The position numbers and the translations under genes are program-made. A stretch of 64,000 bases of DNA from Flavobacteriales bacterium (GTDB lineage Bacteria > Bacteroidota > Bacteroidia > Flavobacteriales_F > PHOS-HE28). The notes beneath the pieces were generated by a model. That model did not search any database and was not told where the DNA came from. It saw only the letters and a program-made list of their open reading frames with translations. Location: the NCBI GenBank assembly GCA_016718655.1, contig JADKCV010000015.1, positions 26,963 through 90,962 of the forward strand, written 5' to 3'. This document shows, piece by piece, positions 57,732 to 64,000 of the stretch (position 1 is the first letter of the stretch; every line of letters starts with the position of its first letter).

Positions 57732-58889
57732 ATGCCTATCTACCATACCCTGGGCAAGATCCCCCACAAGCGGCACACCGTCTTCAAGAACGGCAAGGAC
57801 CGCTTCTACTACGAGCAGCTCTTCGGCACGATCGGCTTCGATGGCATGAGCACGCTGAGCTACCACACCCACCGTCCCACGATGGTGAAGGAGCTGCGCA
57901 AGCCCAAGGACGTATCGCCCAAGATCGCCATCGAGAAGAACATGCGCTCGCTGCGGCTGCATGGCTTCAAGACCAAGCCCGAGAAGGACCACCTGGCCGC
58001 GCGCAAGACCATGCTGGTGAACAGCGACTGCGCCATCGTGTTGTCCGCGCCGCAGGCCAAGAGCGTGGACTACTTCTACAAGAACGCCGACTGCGATGAG
58101 ATGATCTTCATCCACAAGGGCAGCGGCACCCTGCGCACCTTCCTGGGCAACATCGACTTCAAGTACGGCGACTACCTGATGATCCCCCGCGGGATGATCT
58201 ACACCATGGAGTTCAAGGACAGCGACAACCGCCTGTTCATCGTGGAGAGCCACCGCCCCATGTACACGCCCAAGCGGTACCGCAACTACTTCGGTCAGCT
58301 GCTGGAGCACAGCCCCTTCTGTGAGCGCGACATCCGCCGTCCGAAGAAGCTGGAGACCCACGACGAGAAGGGCGACTTCGTGATCAAGGTGAAGAAGCAA
58401 GGCCTCTTGCATGAGTTCGTGTACGCCTCGCACCCCTTTGATGTGGTGGGCTGGGACGGCTACAACTACCCCTATGCCTTCAGCATCCACGACTTCGAGC
58501 CCATCACCGGCCGCGTACACCTGCCGCCGCCCATCCACCAGACCTTCGAGACGGATGCCTTCGTGGTGTGCAGCTTCGTGCCGCGCCTCTACGACTACCA
58601 CCCGCAGGCCATCCCCGCGCCGTACAACCACAGCAACATCGACAGCGACGAGGTGCTCTACTACGTGGACGGCGACTTCATGAGCCGCAACGACATCGGC
58701 CCGGGCCACATCAGTTTGCACCCCGCCGGCATCCCCCACGGTCCGCACCCCGGCGCCATGGAGCGCAGCATCGGCAAAAAGGTGACCGACGAGCTCGCCG
58801 TGATGGTGGACACCTTCAAGCCCTTGATGGTGACCGAGGAGTGCTTGAAGATCGACGATGGGAAGTATTACAAGAGTTGGATCGAGTGA
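57732..58889 (+). CDS. hmgA: homogentisate 1,2-dioxygenase (short Bacteroidetes type)
   Basis: 385 aa, cupin-fold HGD with conserved His/Glu iron ligands region (HPAGIPHGPHPG). Confidence 0.9.
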   Translation: MPIYHTLGKIPHKRHTVFKNGKDRFYYEQLFGTIGFDGMSTLSYHTHRPTMVKELRKPKDVSPKIAIEKNMRSLRLHGFKTKPEKDHLAARKTMLVNSDCAIVLSAPQAKSVDYFYKNADCDEMIFIHKGSGTLRTFLGNIDFKYGDYLMIPRGMIYTMEFKDSDNRLFIVESHRPMYTPKRYRNYFGQLLEHSPFCERDIRRPKKLETHDEKGDFVIKVKKQGLLHEFVYASHPFDVVGWDGYNYPYAFSIHDFEPITGRVHLPPPIHQTFETDAFVVCSFVPRLYDYHPQAIPAPYNHSNIDSDEVLYYVDGDFMSRNDIGPGHISLHPAGIPHGPHPGAMERSIGKKVTDELAVMVDTFKPLMVTEECLKIDDGKYYKSWIE

Positions 58890-59331
58890 TCCGAACACCC
58901 TGAACACCATGCGAACAAAAGATCTGTTCTTCGGAATTCTGATGACGATCGGATGCACGGTTCCTGTGCTTTCACAAGAGGCCAGAAGAGATGTACGTAT
59001 CGGTCCCTGCCAGGGAGCGGACAAGGGACGTTCGTAATGCGGACTGTCCCCTGGGTGGGTGGTGACGAGAAAGACGGAGTCCCGGCGATCGTTGCCGATC
59101 TCAGCGACTGGAAGCGTTTGAAAAGCAGCCCCGGGCGCGTTCCTGTGAGGTCATTGTCATCAACGATTACAAGCGACCATCTGGCTCAAAGATCGTGAGC
59201 GAGGAAATGGAAGCCCGCATGCAACAGGAGATCCAATTCTACATGGTGCAACGCGTCAGACCTTGTCCTGAGTGCACGGCAGCAAACAACTGAACAGTAA
59301 CCCGATCATCTGATCGACAGATCGAGAACAC

Positions 59332-60477
59332 ATGGCAACCGGATTGAAAGACGTCGACTACGGCCTGGAGAAGATCATGGCCGATGCACAGGACTTCCTG
59401 CCCCTGCTGGGCACGGACTACGTGGAACTGTACGTGGGCAACGCCAAGCAGAGCGCCCACTACTACAAGAGCGCGTGGGGCTTCCAGAGCGTGGCCTACG
59501 CCGGCCTGGAGACGGGCATGAAGGACCGCACGAGCTACGTGCTGGTGCAGGACAAGATCCGCCTGGTGCTGACCACGCCGATGAACCCCGAGAGCCCGAT
59601 CAACGAGCACATCCGCAAGCACGGCGATGGCGTGAAGGTGATCGCCCTGTGGGTGCCCGATGCGAAGAAGGCCTGGGAGGAGACCACCAAGCGCGGCGCG
59701 AAGAGCTTCATGGAGCCGGTGCGTGAGGAGGATGAACACGGCCACGTGATCCGCAGCGGCATCCACACCTACGGCGAGACGGTACACATCTTCGTGGAGC
59801 GCGATAATTACAAGGGTGCGTTCCTGCCCGGCTTCAAGCCCTGGAAGAGCCACTACAACCCGGAGCCGGTGGGCCTGAAGTTCATCGATCACATGGTGGG
59901 AAACGTGGGCTGGGGCGAGATGAACACCTGGGTGGATTTCTACGCCCGCGTGATGGGCTTCGCGCAGCTCGTGAGCTTCGATGACAAGGACATCAGCACC
60001 GAGTACACCGCGCTGATGAGCAAGGTGATGAGCAACGGCAACGGCCGCATCAAGTTCCCGATCAACGAGCCGGCCGAGGGCAAGAAGAAGAGCCAGATCG
60101 AGGAGTACATCGACTTCTACAACGGTGCCGGCGTGCAGCACATCGCGGTGGCCACCAACAACATCATCGAAACGGTGGGCGCGCTGAAGGACCGCGGCGT
60201 GGAGTTCCTCTACGTGCCGCCCAGCTACTACGACACGGTGATGGACCGCGTGGGCGAGATCGACGAGGACCTGGCGGTGCTGAAGCAGCACGGCGTGCTG
60301 GTGGACCGCGACGACGAGGGCTACCTGCTGCAGCTCTTCACCAAGCCGGTGCTGGACCGCCCCACGATGTTCTTCGAGATCATCCAGCGCAAGGGCGCGA
60401 AGAGCTTCGGCAAGGGCAACTTCAAGGCGCTGTTCGAGGCGATCGAGCGGGAGCAGGAGAACAGGGGGACGCTCTAA
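59332..60477 (+). CDS. hppD: 4-hydroxyphenylpyruvate dioxygenase
   Basis: 381 aa; two VOC modules and C-terminal ...FFEIIQRKGAKSFGKGNFKALFEAIEREQ signature. Confidence 0.9.
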   Translation: MATGLKDVDYGLEKIMADAQDFLPLLGTDYVELYVGNAKQSAHYYKSAWGFQSVAYAGLETGMKDRTSYVLVQDKIRLVLTTPMNPESPINEHIRKHGDGVKVIALWVPDAKKAWEETTKRGAKSFMEPVREEDEHGHVIRSGIHTYGETVHIFVERDNYKGAFLPGFKPWKSHYNPEPVGLKFIDHMVGNVGWGEMNTWVDFYARVMGFAQLVSFDDKDISTEYTALMSKVMSNGNGRIKFPINEPAEGKKKSQIEEYIDFYNGAGVQHIAVATNNIIETVGALKDRGVEFLYVPPSYYDTVMDRVGEIDEDLAVLKQHGVLVDRDDEGYLLQLFTKPVLDRPTMFFEIIQRKGAKSFGKGNFKALFEAIEREQENRGTL

Positions 60478-60497
60478 CCCGATATCACACAACACAC

Positions 60498-60530
60498 AAA
60501 GAAGGGCGCCCGGTGGGCGCCTTCTTCTTT
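60498..60530 (+). terminator. rho-independent terminator after hppD
   Basis: AAAGAAGGGCGCC-CGGT-GGGCGCCTTCTTCTTT, perfect stem with T-tract. Confidence 0.8.
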
Positions 60531-60848
60531 CAGACTCACCGCGGATCGACCTACTTTGCGTGCTTTCAACAACAGCCACAAGCACTCGGTCCGCCTCATC
60601 AATGGTCACTCTCCAATATTCGTGGAACGAAGATCCGAGTTGCACCCGCCCTCCTGATGCGGCATCCGAGCTGGTCACCGGCGGTCATCAGGCCCACCGG
60701 CAAGCGAAGGCGTGCGGAATTGTGCCCGGGCACGTAACCGATATGGATCGGGATCGGCCGAACCATCAGCACGGTTGGCGGAACGGGCCGCCTTGGTCGG
60801 CAGTTGCGACCGACCCATCAGCCGCACTGCTGTTCGCCTTGTTAGCGG

Positions 60849-61061
60849 TCACCCTGCCGAGCAGACCGGCAACACACCTCGCAAAGACGTCCTTGAAGGT
60901 GATGGAACTCCCGGTCGACCGTTGGAGGAGCAACGGGTGGTCGGCAGGAACCATGGCGGGTTCGGGCTTGACGCAACAGTCAGTTTGTTCGTGCGATACG
61001 CTCCGCATGTGATGAGCATGAGAACAGAGGCGAGAATGAGCAGGGTTCCTTGACGCTTCAT
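60849..61061 (-). CDS. possible 70-aa lipoprotein-like small ORF (low confidence)
   Basis: MKRQGTLLILASVLMLITCGAY signal/lipobox-like start followed by a Pro/Ser-rich tail; lies in a 645-bp otherwise non-coding gap. Confidence 0.2.
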   Translation of the reverse strand: MKRQGTLLILASVLMLITCGAYRTNKLTVASSPNPPWFLPTTRCSSNGRPGVPSPSRTSLRGVLPVCSAG

Positions 61062-61175
61062 GATGATCGTCGGGACTTGGCGGACGGCCTTGTCCGACGA
61101 TGCGAAACAACGGAGGCGCGGAAGCCTCCACCAGCGCGTTACTACCCGAAATGCACACCCCGTGAAAACACCTGT

Positions 61176-64000
61176 TCAGACCAGTACGGCGTTCAACGCA
61201 TCCACCAGTTCCTCCCGCTTGAACGGCTTCGGCACGTAACCATCCATGCCGCTTTCCTTGCAGCGATGCCTCCTCTTTCAGCACGTTCGCGGTCATGGCG
61301 ATGATCGGGATGCGTGACTTAGGGCCAACCAGTGCGCGGATGGCCCGTGTTGCATCATGCCCGTTCATCTCGGGCATCTGCACATCCATCAGCACGAGGT
61401 GATAGTCGTTGGTCTGCAGCATCTCAACGGCGATGCGCCCATTCACGGCCACATCCACCAGCACACCAGGGATGGCGTCGGCCAGTTCGTCCTTCGCTAC
61501 CATGGCGTTGAATTCGTTGTCCTCGGCCAGTAGGATGCGAAGATCGCGTAGGGAAGTCCGTTGGGGTAGATCATGATCCGCACGAACAACGTCTGCCTCC
61601 GTGAGGGCATACGGTATGCTCACCGTGAACGTGCTTCCCTTTCCGACCTCGCTGTTCACCGTGATGTCGCCGCCTTGCATCTGCGCCAAACGCCTGCTGA
61701 TGGACAGGCCGAGGCCGGTGCCGCCGTATTTGAACGCGGTGCTTCCCTGGCCTTGATCGAATTCCTCGAAGATGCGATCACGCCGATCAGGTGCTACACC
61801 GATGCCGGTGTCCGTAACATCAATGACCAAGACCACCGTCCCGGTCACAGCCGCGCTGGCTCGCATGCACAAGGAAACACCGCCCTCGGCAGTGAACTTG
61901 ATGGCGTTGCCAACGAGGTTCATGATGATCTGTTGCAAGCGTGTGGGGTCGCCCTCCAATAATGCTGGCACCTCAGGGTCGATCACCATCCGTAAGTACA
62001 GCTTCTTCTCTTCCGCCTTGAAACAAAGGATCTCCGCAACACCTTGGGCCACCGCACGTGGATCGAAGGGCACGGACTCCAGGACGATCTTGCCCGCCTC
62101 CATCTTGCTCAGGTCGAGCACGTCGTTGATGATCACCAGCAGGCTCTCGGAGCTCTTCGCGATAGCGTCGAGGTATTTCTCCTGATCGGGCAAGTGCGCA
62201 TTGCGCCGCAGGATGCCGGTCATGCCCATGATGGCGTTCATCGGCGTTCGGATCTCGTGGCTCATGTTGGCCAGGAACTGCTGCTTGATCTTGCCACTGT
62301 GCTCGGCGCGCTCGCGTTGACGGTGGGCCTCCTCCTTCTCGCGGTGCAGCGCCGCAGTGCGCTCGGCCACCGTGCGTTCCAACATCTCCTTCTGTCGGTT
62401 CAAACCCTTGGTGCGTATCCGGATGTAGAGCAGCACTCCACCGACCAGCGCGAACACATAGAGCGCATAGGCCCACCACGTGCGCCACCAAGGCGGCAGC
62501 ACGACCAGCTTGAAAGCGGTGCCTTCCGTGTCCCAGACCCCGTCGCGATTGTCGCCGCGAACATGGAAGGTGTACGTGCCGGGGTCGAGGTTGGTGTATA
62601 CCGCCGAACGGTCATGCCCCGCCACGATCCAGTCGCTGTCGAAGCCTTCAAGCTTGTACTGATACCGGTGCTCCTTGGGCGCTGAGAATTCCAAGGTGGC
62701 GAACTCGAAGGTGACCATATTCGCGCTGTACGGGATGGTGAGGCCATCACTCAGGTAGGCGGGCCGGTCCAGGGGAGAACCTTCGGCGCGATGGTCCAAC
62801 GCTCGGTTGATGAGCTTGATGCCAGTGATGCGTATAGCGCTGGCGGTGCTGTCATCCGCGAGTTCGGCCGCCTTGAAGTAGTTGAAGCCCATCACACCAC
62901 CGAAGAAGAGGGTGCCGTCAGGCTGCTTGCAGAAGGCATAACGGTTGAACTCATCGCTCTGGAGTCCGTCGCTCGCATCGTAGTTGCGGAAGATGGCGGT
63001 CCTCGGATCGAAGCGCGCGATCCCCTTGTTCGTGCTCATCCACAAGTTGCCGGCTTCATCCGGGAGGATGCCGTACACCACGTCGTTGGGCAGGCCCTGC
63101 TTGGGTTGCCGACGCATGCACTTGCCCGTGCGCTTGTCCAGCCGGTTCGCCGCCGCCATTTGGTGCCCACCCAGAGCACATCCGGATCCTGGGTCGTTCA
63201 ACAGCGAATAGATGATGTCGTCGAAAGCGGAAAACCGGATCGGCCAGGGTCGTGCGTGTACACGTGCCACGGCGCGGCCCGCGCCGCTCTTGCGCCTATC
63301 GTAACGATACAAGCCGGTTGCGGTTCCTAGCCAGAGCAGCCCGTTGTCATCCCGGAGCATCGCGTGCAGGAAGCGGTCGACCGCAGCCCCCGTGATCGCG
63401 GATTGGGTACATAGTGGAACAGACCGGTCCGGCGATCGAAGCGGCAGAGCGTTTGGACCGAGCCCGACCCAGATGAGCGAATCGCCTCCGCAGGAAGGTT
63501 CCCTGGTGGGTCTCCTCCGGGAAGGCGCGTATGGCGGCCGTGTCACGCGCGATGCAGGGTGATCTTGATCCCAACACGGGTCATAGGTTACGAGACCCTC
63601 ATGGTTGAACCACTAGATCCCTCGTTCATCCCTGACCAACACCCGGTTCGCACGGCTCAACCTGTCCAACGCCGGGTCTTGGACCTTCTCGGTCCACGGG
63701 ATCCACGTGGGCCACGTGTTGGTCCGAGGATCGAACTCGTTCAGGAATCCATCGTGGAAGGCAACTGACACGCGCCCACCGGGCAAGGCCTGTATGGGAC
63801 CACAGCTCGTGGACTTCACCGTGTTGAAGCGGGCACTGCGCGGATCGTAGGTGAGCAGGCCGCCCGAGGGTACCGATCCGCATCAGACCATTGCGGTCGC
63901 GATAGGCGCATTTGGCGCCTTGCGCTTGGGCAGGAGGTTCTGGTCACGAGGACACCGGGAGAGGGAGCCAAGCCCTCCAGAGCCAGGATCGAAGAGGTAG
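61176..64000 (-). pseudogene. hybrid sensor histidine kinase / response regulator with periplasmic two-component-regulator propeller + Y_Y_Y domain, disrupted (in-frame TGA at 63883-85, TAG at 63613-15, 1-nt frameshift near 61270 in the receiver domain); continues past the window end
   Basis: Propeller repeats (GLLWLGTATGLYRYD, GNLWMSTNKGIARFDP), TM helix, HisKA (SHEIRTPMNAI), HATPase, REC; canonical receiver end CKESGMDGYVPKPFKREELVDALNAVLV* is only reached in the +1 frame; no AraC HTH. Confidence 0.65.

Noticed and set aside
57717-59024. 435-aa ORF antisense to hmgA
   Set aside because: Same artefact of GC3-rich coding sequence; no motifs; hmgA unambiguous.
59239-60678. 479-aa ORF antisense to hppD
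   Set aside because: Antisense artefact; low-complexity Ala/Val/Leu/His/Arg composition.
60766-61175. Read-through C-terminal tail of the 926-aa track ORF (…SLQGKRHGWLRAEAVQAGG…)
   Set aside because: Arg/Gly-rich nonsense after the frameshift; the authentic receiver-domain end and stop (61176) lie in the +1 frame.

Overview
This 64-kb window comes from a high-GC (~60%) member of Bacteroidota, judged by T9SS C-terminal sorting domains, Bacteroidetes-type -7 promoter motifs (TAnnTTTG), SPOR/Omp28/TonB gene content and no Shine-Dalgarno dependence. Roughly 55 protein genes and one tRNA-Ser(GGA) are called. Housekeeping genes include exbB, ansA, tatD, kdsB, dprA, gdhA, tadA, recJ, udk, nadD, gmk, yicC, polA, cysS, trhO, hmgA and hppD. 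The accessory part is a ~34-kb stretch (16.7-50.5 kb) dense in secreted and T9SS cargo proteins. It holds two Omp28-like CxxC proteins, a 1308-aa BNR-propeller protein, a 1153-aa M36 fungalysin, two tandem M43 metalloproteases, a Cys-rich adhesin-like protein, and a PEGA-S1C protease paired with a beta-barrel protein. The most unusual items are: (1) the two giant secreted proteins end in a shared, unrecognised ~240-aa module (not a canonical T9SS CTD) with a tandem NDRDP(I/V)L..GG(T/S)(I/V)PT repeat, a dockerin/EF-hand-like DVNMDG loop and a common QLP C-terminus; (2) a heavily structured leader region at 30.8-31.1 kb with a 16-bp long-range inverted repeat, a hairpin and an intrinsic terminator placed ahead of a 58-aa lysine-rich ORF (attenuator/riboregulator candidate); (3) a hybrid two-component sensor at the window end degraded by two in-frame stops plus a frameshift; (4) a perfect 20-bp palindrome just upstream of the hmgA-hppD tyrosine-catabolism pair, which is also split by an unusual 442-bp non-coding spacer. 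No CRISPR array, integrase, transposase or prophage signature was seen. All coordinates for revised starts were checked against the sequence. Functional names rest on motif recognition, not database searches.
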